Assembly: GCF_017876815.1 (NCBI RefSeq) | Contig: NZ_JAGIOS010000002.1 | Coordinates: forward strand, 1,260,001 to 1,292,000 | Length of the DNA stretch: 32,000 nucleotides | Source of the DNA: Sinorhizobium meliloti | GTDB taxonomy: Bacteria; Pseudomonadota; Alphaproteobacteria; Rhizobiales; Rhizobiaceae | Reading direction: 5' to 3' | Shown: piece by piece, positions 16,329 to 24,794 of the stretch | Position numbering within the stretch: the stretch's first letter is position 1 | Layout of the letters: each line of letters starts with the position of its first letter | Position numbers and translations under genes: made by a program | The notes under the pieces: model-generated | The model's database searches: none | The model's input: only the letters and a program-made list of their open reading frames with translations | What the model was told of the DNA's origin: nothing

Positions 16329-18062
16329 TCACCCCGCCGCGACGGCCTTAGCCAATGGGGGTGGCATTCGGGCTGCAAGGGCTTTCTCGTCGACCCCGTG
16401 CCGGTCTCGCAGGAGCGCAAGGCACCGGTTCCGCTCACTCAAGCTGCGCGCCTCGGACCAGCCCTTCTCCCCCGTCAGCAGTTCAAGCGCAGCGTCGAGA
16501 ATGGCCAGCGAGAGCGTGCCCGAGATGGCGAGCGTCGTGCGGCGCAAGAGCAGATCGTCCAGATGCTCGACCGCCTCGTTGCGGATCAGGAACAGAAGTT
16601 CCCGCATCGTATGACCGGCGCCAGGGATCGCGGCATCGCTTCCCTGGCCTATGAAAGCCGCCAGCGCCTCCGCTTCCGTTCCGTAGCGGGAGAACAATTC
16701 GGCGACGTGCGGTGGCGGCAGGCCGCAGCGAGCAGCCAACGCGGCAATCCAGCTTTCGCGGTCGGCCGGAAATCGCCGCCCCCCGCCGATGGCGCGGTCG
16801 GCCGTCGAGACGCGGCGTGAAAGGCCGAGGCGTTCCAGCGCCGTGTCGGCGGCAAGTTCGCCGAAGGAGCGAAAGGTCGTCCACTTGCCGCCGATCATGC
16901 ATAGTACCGGCGTGCCGGCGCTCTCGATCGTGGTGCAGAAATGGTCACGCGGGATGCGGCCAGTGAAACTGTCGCTGCTGGCGGGCAGCGGTCGCACGCC
17001 GGAGAACTGGTAGACGATTTCCTCCGGCCCGATCTCGATGCCGGGCAAGACGAAGGCCAGCGACTGCAGGATGTAGTCGCGTTCTTCTTTCTCGCACCTG
17101 ACCGTCCCGGGATCGTCGACCCGGATGTCGGTCGAACCGACCAGCACCTTGCCGAAATAGGGAAAAAGGATGCAGATGCGGCCGTCCTCGTTCTCGTAAT
17201 AGATCATGTGATCGCCGAGCGCGTCGCGCAGATGCACATTGTCGATGATGAGATGCGATCCCTTCGTGCCGCCCATCAGCGGAGCGGAGCGGTGGTCGGG
17301 CGGCAGCAGAGCGCCATTGGTGATGTCGATCCAGCCACCGGTCGCGTTCACGATCAGACTGGGCTCGATCTCCACGCTGACCCCCTCGACGTCGTCGGCA
17401 ATGATGTATGTGCCGGCCTCGTTTCTGCGAAGCTCGGCATAGTTCAGCGCCGCCGCCTCGGTCGAGGCGGACAGTCCGTCCTGCAGGAGCTCCATGCCGA
17501 TCCGCTCGGGGTGGCTCACCCAGGCATCGTAATAGGTGGCGGAACTGCGTATCTTCGGGTTGAGCGCCGGCCATTTCGCCAGCGTCGCGCGACGGCCGCG
17601 GAACCGGTGGCGCGGCATCAGTGCCCGCTTGCGCGTCAGCAAGTCGTAGATCGAAAGCCCGGCCTTGATCGCGATGGCCCCGCGGCGGCTCGGCCGGCGG
17701 CTCAAGCCGAGAAAGCGGACGATGCCATTGGCAAGGCCGGAGAATATGTCAAAGACGGGAACCGTCGTCGCAAGAGGCGACACGAGGTGCGGCGCGTTCC
17801 TGAGCAGCCTGTCGCGCTCCACGAGCGACTCCTTCACCAGCGCAAACTCGCCGTTTTCGAGATAGCGCAGGCCGCCATGCACCATGCGCGACAGCGCGGC
17901 ACTCGCGCCCGAGCAGTAATCGTGCTTCTCGACGAGCAGGACGCGCACCCCCTGCAGCGCGAGCTCGCGAAAGACGCTGAGCCCATTGATGCCGCCGCCG
18001 AGGACGCAGACGTCCACCTTCGGGCTCTGGCGGAGCCCGTCCAAAATCTCTGTCCTTGTCAT
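16329..18062 (-). CDS. FAD-dependent glycerol-3-phosphate dehydrogenase (GlpD)/EryB-like oxidoreductase
   Basis: 'DVCVLGGGINGLSVFRELALQG' (GxGxxG), 'SRMVHGGLRYLENGEF' and 'GGKWTTFR', with a long C-terminal helical domain as in GlpD/GlpO. Confidence 0.9.
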   Translation of the reverse strand: MTRTEILDGLRQSPKVDVCVLGGGINGLSVFRELALQGVRVLLVEKHDYCSGASAALSRMVHGGLRYLENGEFALVKESLVERDRLLRNAPHLVSPLATTVPVFDIFSGLANGIVRFLGLSRRPSRRGAIAIKAGLSIYDLLTRKRALMPRHRFRGRRATLAKWPALNPKIRSSATYYDAWVSHPERIGMELLQDGLSASTEAAALNYAELRRNEAGTYIIADDVEGVSVEIEPSLIVNATGGWIDITNGALLPPDHRSAPLMGGTKGSHLIIDNVHLRDALGDHMIYYENEDGRICILFPYFGKVLVGSTDIRVDDPGTVRCEKEERDYILQSLAFVLPGIEIGPEEIVYQFSGVRPLPASSDSFTGRIPRDHFCTTIESAGTPVLCMIGGKWTTFRSFGELAADTALERLGLSRRVSTADRAIGGGRRFPADRESWIAALAARCGLPPPHVAELFSRYGTEAEALAAFIGQGSDAAIPGAGHTMRELLFLIRNEAVEHLDDLLLRRTTLAISGTLSLAILDAALELLTGEKGWSEARSLSERNRCLALLRDRHGVDEKALAARMPPPLAKAVAAG

Positions 18063-18073
18063 GGGGCGGTCCG

Positions 18074-19069
18074 TTACCTGTCCATGTTTGCCAGCTCGGC
18101 CGCTATCGCAGCATCGATCGCCGAGAGGGCCTCCGCGCTGAGCCGGATCGTGCCGGCTCCTGCATTGTCGAGCGCCTGGGCGGGATTACGCGCGCCGCAA
18201 AGCGCGAAGGTGATGCCAGGCTGCGCCAGGGTCCAGGCGATGACGATCTGGGCGATCGATCCCTCGTATTCTTGCGCGATCGGCCTTATCGCTTCGGCGA
18301 AGCGCGTGACCTTCTCCCGGTTTGCGACGGAGAAACGCGGATTGTTCCTGCGCTGGTCGTCGCCGGAAAAGACGCGTTCGGGCCCGATCGAGCCGGAGAG
18401 AAGGCCCAGAGCGAGCGACGAATAGCTGAGCGTCGCCACTCCGTTTGCCATCGTGACCGGCAGGAGTTGCGCTTCGATCTCCCGGTCGAGCATGCTGAAC
18501 CGTTCCTGGATCGCATCGAGACCGCCGATCTGCACATAGATCTGGAGTTCTTCCAGGTTCACATTGCTGGCGCCGATCGCCCGGATCTTGCCGGCGGCGC
18601 GCAGGTCCTCGAGCGCCCGCATGGTTTCCTCGATCGGTGTCGTCGGGTCTTGCCAATGGGTGATGTAGAGGTCGATATAGTCGGTGCCGAGCCGTCTGAG
18701 GCTCTGTTCCACCTCGTGGAAGATCGACTCCCGGCCGAGATGGCGGTGGACCGGCCTGCCGTCCTGGTCGAAGAAGTGATTGCCCTGCTGTGTGTGCCAG
18801 ACGAGGCCGCACTTCGTTGCGATAACCGCCTTGTCGCGGCGCCCGGACAGCGCCTTGCCGACGATCTCTTCCGCCCGCCCGAGCCCATAGGCGGGTGCCG
18901 TGTCGATCAGCGTCACGCCTGCATCCAGAGAGGCCTGGATGGCGGCGACCGATTCCCGCTCGTCCGTGCCGCCCCACATCCAGCCGCCGATTGCCCAGGT
19001 GCCGAGGCCGACCGCAGAGGCCGCGACCCCGGAGCGGCCGATCTCCCGCATGATTTGTTGTCCATTCAT
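18074..19069 (-). CDS. Aldo/keto reductase
   Basis: 'GLGTWAIGG', 'IDTAPAYG' and 'IDLYITHWQD'. A GGAGAG SD lies 5 nt upstream. The ATG overlaps the regulator stop (ATGA at 19066-19069). Confidence 0.9.
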   Translation of the reverse strand: MNGQQIMREIGRSGVAASAVGLGTWAIGGWMWGGTDERESVAAIQASLDAGVTLIDTAPAYGLGRAEEIVGKALSGRRDKAVIATKCGLVWHTQQGNHFFDQDGRPVHRHLGRESIFHEVEQSLRRLGTDYIDLYITHWQDPTTPIEETMRALEDLRAAGKIRAIGASNVNLEELQIYVQIGGLDAIQERFSMLDREIEAQLLPVTMANGVATLSYSSLALGLLSGSIGPERVFSGDDQRRNNPRFSVANREKVTRFAEAIRPIAQEYEGSIAQIVIAWTLAQPGITFALCGARNPAQALDNAGAGTIRLSAEALSAIDAAIAAELANMDR

Positions 19070-20070
19070 GAACGCTCTCCGCCTTCCTTGGCCAGTTCGA
19101 GAATGCGCGCTCCCGTCGCCTGATCCGTGACGAGCGTGTCCAGATGATTGCCGCGCATGACGCTTAAGATCGGCCCCGCCTTGCTGGGCCCGCTTGCGAC
19201 ACCGATCTTCGTCGGGATCGAAGCGAATTCGGAGAGCGTCAGCGAAACCAGACGCCGATTGAGTCCGTAGCCGCAGACGCGCCCGTGATCATCGAGCAGA
19301 TGCGCCAGCAGTTCGCAGGAGGCTCCGGATTGCTCGATCGCCTCGCGATCGGTGCTGGATGAGGGGTGCAGGTCGTAATAGCTGGAGTCGTCCGAGAGGA
19401 TCGAGCCGATGCCCACCACGGCGATCTTCGCGTCGCGCGCCCGCTTGAAGACGTCGGCAACCGAGCGCATGCCGAGCAGCATTTTCCGTTCCGCTTCGCT
19501 ATCGGCAAAGAGCGGCGCGTGTATCTGGAAAGAATGCCCGCCGAGCCGGTCCGCCATCAGGGTGGAGACGTGGTTGACGTCGGTATAGTGCTTGCCCTGG
19601 ACGCAGCCGGTCGCGGGGATAACCTCGATATCAAAGCGGCGCGAGGGTTGCAGGCCGGCAACGACGGCGCTTACCCCCTTGCCGCCGGTGATGCAGATCG
19701 TATCTCCGTCGGCGATCTGTTCGAGCATAAGCCGTGCCGCGGCTTCGCCGACCGACTGGAGCGCGATCTGAGGGTTGTCGGAGACCGTCGGCACGACGAC
19801 CGCGCGGCGGATACCTCCGAGCGCCAGCAATTGTTCTTCGATTTCCACCAGTGGCTCGACCGGCGACTTGATCTTGATCTCGACGAGACCAAGCTGGCGG
19901 CCGCGCTTGATGAGGCGGTTGACGGTCGCATGCGAGATTCCGAGCTGGTCGGCGATCTGCGCCTGCGTCATGCCCTCCAGGAAGTGCAGCACCAGGGCTT
20001 GATGCATCTGCCTGGCGATGACCATTTCTTCGCGCGGGGCGGACATGGATTTCGGTTTGGCGTTCGGCAT
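19066..20070 (-). CDS. SorC/DeoR-type sugar-binding transcriptional regulator
   Basis: N-terminal HTH 'MTQAQIADQLGISHATVNRLIKRGRQLGLVEI' plus a SorC-type effector domain ('ITGGKGV', 'AVVGIGS'). The gene is embedded between the permease and AKR genes. Confidence 0.9.
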   Translation of the reverse strand: MPNAKPKSMSAPREEMVIARQMHQALVLHFLEGMTQAQIADQLGISHATVNRLIKRGRQLGLVEIKIKSPVEPLVEIEEQLLALGGIRRAVVVPTVSDNPQIALQSVGEAAARLMLEQIADGDTICITGGKGVSAVVAGLQPSRRFDIEVIPATGCVQGKHYTDVNHVSTLMADRLGGHSFQIHAPLFADSEAERKMLLGMRSVADVFKRARDAKIAVVGIGSILSDDSSYYDLHPSSSTDREAIEQSGASCELLAHLLDDHGRVCGYGLNRRLVSLTLSEFASIPTKIGVASGPSKAGPILSVMRGNHLDTLVTDQATGARILELAKEGGERS

Positions 20071-20071
20071 G

Positions 20072-21064
20072 TCAGAGAGCCTTCCGCTTGTGCAGCAAGT
20101 GATCGATGGAAACCGCGGCGAGCAGTATGCAGCCCTTGATCATATCCTGCCAGTACACCGAAACGTCGAGCAGGATCAGCGAGCTGGTGACGACGGAGAG
20201 CAGGGCGATGCCGAGGATGGCGCCGAGGATCGTGCCCGAGCCGCCGTTCAGGGAGGCGCCGCCGATCACCGCCGCGGCGATGATGTTGAGTTCCATGCCG
20301 ACGCCGAAGGTCGGCGTCGCGGCGCCGAAGCGCGACATGTAGATCGTCCCCGCGACGCCGGAGAGTGTCGCACACAGCACCGTCACCCAGAACTTGACGT
20401 CCTTCGTCTTGATGCCGGAATAGAGCGCGGCCTTCTCGTTGCTGCCGGTATAGAAGACCTTGCGGAAGGCGGTCGCCCGGCGCAGAAGGAAATCAAAGGC
20501 GCCGACGACAGCGATGAAGATCAGGATCACATAGGGAACCCCGAAGAAAGTACCCTGACCGACCGCCTTGAATGCCGGCGGCAAGGTGAAGAGCGAAAGC
20601 GGTGTGCCCTTGGTGATGACGAGGCAGAGACCGCGCACGATCACCATGGCCGCAAGCGACGTAATGAAGTGGTTGAGCCCGACCACGGTGACGAAGAAGC
20701 CCATGATGCAGCCGATGGCGGCACTGGCAGCAATCCCGACGAGCGACGCCGTCCAGGGATCGACTCCCATCAGAAAGAGCGAGCCCGAGAGCACCATCGA
20801 GAAGCAGACGACGGAGCCGACCGAAAGATCGATGCCGCCGACGATCAGCAGGATCGTCATGCCGACGACGACGATGCCCTCGACCGAGAAGGACATGAGC
20901 ATCGCCCGGAAATTGCCGAGAGTCAGGAAGTGCGGCGAGGCGAAGCTCATGATCACTGAAAGCGAAAGGATGATCGCAATCAGTCCAGCCTCGCGCATCG
21001 TGCCGATCCGCTTCCATGTCGGCCTGCGCGTTTTTTGCGCAACCGCCAATGTATCCACTGCCAT
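20072..21064 (-). CDS. ABC sugar transporter permease (ribose family, single membrane subunit)
   Basis: 'GGIDLSVGS' and 'GSNEKAALYSGIK' motifs with multiple TM helices. The ATG at 21064 follows a GGGAGA SD. The ATG at 21094 is an alternative that would overlap the ATPase by 11 nt. Confidence 0.9.
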   Translation of the reverse strand: MAVDTLAVAQKTRRPTWKRIGTMREAGLIAIILSLSVIMSFASPHFLTLGNFRAMLMSFSVEGIVVVGMTILLIVGGIDLSVGSVVCFSMVLSGSLFLMGVDPWTASLVGIAASAAIGCIMGFFVTVVGLNHFITSLAAMVIVRGLCLVITKGTPLSLFTLPPAFKAVGQGTFFGVPYVILIFIAVVGAFDFLLRRATAFRKVFYTGSNEKAALYSGIKTKDVKFWVTVLCATLSGVAGTIYMSRFGAATPTFGVGMELNIIAAAVIGGASLNGGSGTILGAILGIALLSVVTSSLILLDVSVYWQDMIKGCILLAAVSIDHLLHKRKAL

Positions 21065-21083
21065 AGCCCTGTCTCCCGCTTCT

Positions 21084-22625
21084 TCAGGCAGCATGCCCGG
21101 ATGCCTTCAAGTTCGTTTCGGTTGCCGGGCCGATGCCGGATGCAAGCCGCATGATCGCCTCCTCGGTCATTTCGTTGCCCGATACCTCGCCTGCGATCCG
21201 GCCCTCGCGCACCACCAGGACGCGGTCGCAGAGGCCGATCAGCTCCGGCAGTTCGGACGAGATCACCAGAATGCCGATGCCGGCACGGGCAAGCTCGCGC
21301 AGCAGGCGGTGGATTTCCGATTTGGCGCCGACATCGATGCCCCGCGTCGGCTCGTCCATCAGGATCACCTTTGGATCGACCGCCAATTGCTTGGCGATCG
21401 CCACCTTCTGCTGATTGCCGCCCGACAGCGAGGAGACCGGCATATCGACGCCGCCCATCCGCACGCCAAGCCTGCGGGTCAGGTCTTCGGCGAGCGCTCT
21501 TTCCTCGCGGGAGTTGAGCAGGCCAAGAGAGGTCAATGCCTTCAGATCGAGTGCGGCAATGTTCTGGGCGATCGAGAGATCGAGGAAAACGCCGGATCCT
21601 TTCCGGTCCTCCGAAAGATAGACGACGCCGGCCTTGGCCGCGTCGGAATAGCGCCGTAGACGAAGCACCTTGTCATGCAGCCGGATTTCGCCTTGCGTCA
21701 CCGGTCGCAGCGCGCAGATACCCTCGGCAATTTCCGTCCGTCCGGAGCCGATCAGGCCACCGACGCCGAGAATCTCGCCGTGGCGGAGCTCGAAGCTGAC
21801 GTCGCGGAAGCGTTCGCCGGCGCCGAGATCGCGGACCGAAAGAATCGGCTCGCCTAGGCGTTCGGAGGAAGGCTGCTTGTCGGGATAAAGCTGGCTGATC
21901 TCGCGGCCGACCATCAGCCGGACCACATCGTCAGGAGTGACGTCCGAGACCATTTCCGTCGCGACATAGCGCCCGTCGCGGAAGACGGTCACCCGGTCGC
22001 AGAGGCTGAACACCTCTGCCATGCGGTGGCTAATATAGATGATCGAGATGCCGCGCGCCTTGAGATCGCGGATGATGCCGAAGAGCACCTGCGCTTCGGT
22101 CTCTGTCAGCGCCGCCGTCGGCTCGTCGAAGATTAGCACTCGGCAATCGAGCGTCAGTGCCTTGGCGATCTCGACGAGCTGCTGACTGGAGATCGGCAGG
22201 TCGCCGACCTTCTGGCTGACGTCGATCGGGGCCAGACGATTCATCACGGCCTGCGCGTCGCGCTCCAGCTGGGCGTAGTTCATCAGAGCCGAGCGACGGC
22301 GGTTCGTCGCCGCCATGAACATGTTTTCCGCGATCGTCGCGTCAGGGCAGAGTGCGATCTCCTGATGCACGAGGCCGATGCCGAGCGACTGTGCGACCGC
22401 GGGCGAGGCGATCTTTACGGGGGCGCCTTCGATGAGGACTTCCCCTTCCGACGGCTGCAGCACGCCGGCAATGACGTTCATCAGTGTCGACTTGCCGGCG
22501 CCGTTCTCGCCGCAAAGCGCGTGAACTTCGCCCCGTGCGAGCCGAAAGTCTACGGCTGTCAACGCCTTGACGGCGCCGAAATGCTTGCTGACATTGCGGA
22601 TCTCCAGCACGGTCTCTGACGTCAT
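21084..22625 (-). CDS. ABC sugar transporter ATP-binding protein (duplicated cassette)
   Basis: Walker A 'GENGAGKST', Walker B '[10 protein letters not shown]' and '[11 protein letters not shown]', signature 'LSGGNQQK'. The start is the ATG at 22625 behind a GGGAGGGG SD. Confidence 0.92.
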   Translation of the reverse strand: MTSETVLEIRNVSKHFGAVKALTAVDFRLARGEVHALCGENGAGKSTLMNVIAGVLQPSEGEVLIEGAPVKIASPAVAQSLGIGLVHQEIALCPDATIAENMFMAATNRRRSALMNYAQLERDAQAVMNRLAPIDVSQKVGDLPISSQQLVEIAKALTLDCRVLIFDEPTAALTETEAQVLFGIIRDLKARGISIIYISHRMAEVFSLCDRVTVFRDGRYVATEMVSDVTPDDVVRLMVGREISQLYPDKQPSSERLGEPILSVRDLGAGERFRDVSFELRHGEILGVGGLIGSGRTEIAEGICALRPVTQGEIRLHDKVLRLRRYSDAAKAGVVYLSEDRKGSGVFLDLSIAQNIAALDLKALTSLGLLNSREERALAEDLTRRLGVRMGGVDMPVSSLSGGNQQKVAIAKQLAVDPKVILMDEPTRGIDVGAKSEIHRLLRELARAGIGILVISSELPELIGLCDRVLVVREGRIAGEVSGNEMTEEAIMRLASGIGPATETNLKASGHAA

Positions 22626-22648
22626 CGCGTTTTCCCCTCCCGCTTCGT

Positions 22649-22679
22649 CGGCCGCCCGGAGCAAAGATCCAGGCGGCCG
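22649..22679 (-). other. Stem-loop between the SBP and ATPase genes
   Basis: CGGCCGCC (22649-22656) pairs with GGCGGCCG (22672-22679): an 8-bp stem with a 15-nt loop, inside the 65-nt SBP-ATPase spacer. Confidence 0.3.
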
Positions 22680-22690
22680 CCCATGCGATC

Positions 22691-23719
22691 TTATTCCTCG
22701 ATGCCCTTGGTACCGCGGCGTTTCAGGTACTTGTCCCAGTAGAAATCGTCGGCGTTATCGGCCGTGACAATCGACAGCCCGTTGTCGACGACGGGGATGC
22801 TCATCGGATTGAAGCCGGAGCGCTTGGCATCGTTCATTGGGTCGATGAGTTCGGGGTGCTTGGCGAGCCAGAGCAGCAGGAAGCCCATATAGCCCTGCAT
22901 GCCCTGGTTAGGATTGATCGAGCCGAAGACCTCGCCCGCCTTGATCATGTCGAGTATATTGGCGTTGACGTCGGCGCACATGACGAGCACTTTGCCGCCC
23001 GTTTCCTTGTTAGCCTGCGCCGCACCGATCGCGGAATTGGCCTCAGGCATGAAGACCGCGCCGAGATTCGGGTTGGCCTGGATGAGGCTCGTGAGCCCCT
23101 GATAGGCCTTGTTCGGGTCCTGGTTGGAAGCGGCCCGGCCGACGAGCTTCATGTCGGGCCATTTCTCCTCCATGCGGGCGATGAAGGCCGCGATGCGCTT
23201 GTCGTGATTGTCCTGGCCGGGATTTTCGAGGACCGCATACTCGCCCTTGCCGCCGAGCTTCTCGGCGATCTTGTCGGCGGCATAGATACCTTCGCGGGTA
23301 TTGTCCGAGGTGATGTAGGATACGCGCTTCGACAGGGGCGAATCCGCGGCGAAGGTCACGACCGCCGTGCCCTGGTCGGTCGCCCGGTTGATAGGCTCGA
23401 TGAACGGATCCGAGTTCATGGGGTGAACCAAAATGCCGGCCGGGTTCTGCGCCAAGGCTTGATCGAAGCTGGCGATCTGCTTGTTGACGTCATATTCCGG
23501 CGTTCCGGTGTATTCCGTCTCGCAGCCGAATTGCTGGCCTGCCTGCTTGAACATTTCGTAGACCGGGAACCAGTATTCGACGCCCGATACCATCACGTTC
23601 ATGACGTATTTTTCGCCCGGCTTGCAGCGGAACGGGTTTTCTGTCGCGGCGGTGGCCGTACCGGCAAGAAGCGTGGTTGCGAGGACCGCCATGGCGGTCG
23701 TGCTGAGAAAATTGCGCAA
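22691..23719 (-). CDS. Periplasmic sugar-binding protein (PBP type I) of the ABC importer
   Basis: Signal peptide '[24 protein letters not shown]|A'. The body alternates beta-alpha elements in PBP1 style. The apparent start is a TTG at 23719 directly after a GAGGAGGA SD. An internal ATG would truncate the signal peptide. Confidence 0.85.
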   Translation of the reverse strand: MRNFLSTTAMAVLATTLLAGTATAATENPFRCKPGEKYVMNVMVSGVEYWFPVYEMFKQAGQQFGCETEYTGTPEYDVNKQIASFDQALAQNPAGILVHPMNSDPFIEPINRATDQGTAVVTFAADSPLSKRVSYITSDNTREGIYAADKIAEKLGGKGEYAVLENPGQDNHDKRIAAFIARMEEKWPDMKLVGRAASNQDPNKAYQGLTSLIQANPNLGAVFMPEANSAIGAAQANKETGGKVLVMCADVNANILDMIKAGEVFGSINPNQGMQGYMGFLLLWLAKHPELIDPMNDAKRSGFNPMSIPVVDNGLSIVTADNADDFYWDKYLKRRGTKGIEE

Positions 23720-23788
23720 GAATCCTCCTCGAGGCCGAAGCCCCTCCCAAAAAGCGCATCGGCGCGCAAAAGCGGCCGCTGTGTTCGT

Positions 23789-23816
23789 GAAGTCCGTTCT
23801 TCCTCCTCGAAGTCCG
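23789..23816. promoter_or_regulatory. Tandem direct repeat GAAGTCCG-N12-GAAGTCCG in the leader/promoter region of the nine-gene operon
   Basis: Exact 8-mers lie at 23789-23796 and 23809-23816, a 20-bp period. They bracket a second copy of the SD-like string TCCTCCTCGA (23801-23810; first copy at 23724-23733). Confidence 0.3.
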
Positions 23817-23851
23817 GTAGAGGCAGGTAACTCTAGGAGAGGATGCGTGTC

Positions 23852-23878
23852 AATATATTTCGCATACTGAAATATATT
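23852..23878. promoter_or_regulatory. Perfect AT-rich palindrome, candidate operator in the divergent control region
   Basis: AATATATTTC (23852-23861), spacer gcatact, GAAATATATT (23869-23878): 10-bp perfect arms in an otherwise GC-rich region. It lies about 130 nt upstream of the SBP start and about 85 nt upstream of the APH-like ATG. Confidence 0.4.
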
Positions 23879-23962
23879 TCACTGCAGCAGCTTCACTTGA
23901 GCCGATATGCCGGGCTTGAAAGCGCCTGGCCTAAAAGAGCCGGTCATTGCTATTCTGCTGCG

Positions 23963-24751
23963 ATGACCGAGGACGCCGAAATCCCGCTGACCGGCGGAGA
24001 GAGAACCGCTGTCACACGCCGCGGCTCTGTCGTCCTGCGGGAGGCGGGCCCCTGGACCCGGTCGGTTCATGCGCTGCTAAGGCATTTGCGTGAGGTCGGC
24101 TTCGAAGGCGCGCCTTGCGTCGTCGGTGATGGCTTTGACGAGCACGGCCGTGAGGTCCTGACGTATATCGACGGGAAGGTCATCAATCCGACGCCCTGGT
24201 CGGACGAGGCGATTTGGGGATTAGGCGATCTCATTCGCCGGTTACATGAGGCGGCTGCAACCTTCCGGCCACCACCCGACGCCGTCTGGCGTGGCTGGTT
24301 CGGTCGCAGCATCGGCAAAGCGGACATTATCGGCCACTGTGACGCAGCGCCCTGGAATGTGATTTCCCGCCACGGCAATCCCGTTGCGCTAATCGACTGG
24401 GAGGCGGCCGGTCCGGTCGACAGGCTGACCGAATTGGCCATGATCGCCTGGAACAACGCGCAGCTCTACGATGACGACGTTGCCGAGAGAAACCGTCTGC
24501 CCGATACCGAAAGCCGGATGCGACAAGTGCGCCTATTCGCCGATGGATACTGCCTCGCGGCGCCGGAACGGCATCGGCTCGGATACAGGATCATTGAGTT
24601 CGCCGCCGAGAGCGCAGCGAACGAGGCCATAGAACAGGGGATCACACCTAAGACCGAGCATGTTCCGCGCGTCTGGGGGATCGCTTGGCAAACGCGCAGC
24701 GTCGCATGGTTGCTGCGAAATCGCAGCGCTCTCGAGCGCGCACTTGTATAA
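23963..24751 (+). CDS. Aminoglycoside/choline-kinase-like phosphotransferase (APH family)
   Basis: 'IGHCDAAPWNV' (HxDxxxxN catalytic loop) and 'LIDWEAAG' (metal-binding D). The start is the ATG at 23963 (MTEDAEIPL); the upstream part of the track ORF is AT-rich non-coding. Confidence 0.8.
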   Translation: MTEDAEIPLTGGERTAVTRRGSVVLREAGPWTRSVHALLRHLREVGFEGAPCVVGDGFDEHGREVLTYIDGKVINPTPWSDEAIWGLGDLIRRLHEAAATFRPPPDAVWRGWFGRSIGKADIIGHCDAAPWNVISRHGNPVALIDWEAAGPVDRLTELAMIAWNNAQLYDDDVAERNRLPDTESRMRQVRLFADGYCLAAPERHRLGYRIIEFAAESAANEAIEQGITPKTEHVPRVWGIAWQTRSVAWLLRNRSALERALV

Positions 24752-24794
24752 GGATGGCGAGCGCCTGTCGACGCAGTACCTCCGGCATTGCCGC

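Noticed and set aside
13860-18062. Reading the kinase + GlpD-like pair as glpK/glpD (glycerol) or as a canonical eryA/eryB erythritol locus
   Set aside because: The kinase lacks the GlpK-type N-terminus and matches LyxK-type motifs. No EryC/EryH/EryI-type isomerase genes are present. A class I aldolase sits between the two genes. Only a partial analogy is justified.
16941-18425. 494-aa plus-strand ORF, and the similar ORF at 18056-19123, antisense to the GlpD-like and AKR genes
   Set aside because: These are shadow ORFs typical of high-GC DNA. Their composition is Arg/Ala/Asp/Gly-dominated with no recognisable motifs. The opposite strand carries textbook GxGxxG/GGLRYLE and AKR motifs and SD-preceded starts.
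12241-23719. Reading the nine-gene operon as a canonical lsr (AI-2 uptake/processing) operon
   Set aside because: It has only one permease gene (lsr has LsrC and LsrD) and no LsrG-like isomerase. The kinase resembles LyxK more than a distinct LsrK signature I can verify. Three extra redox enzymes (GlpD-like, AKR, GMC) have no role in AI-2 processing.
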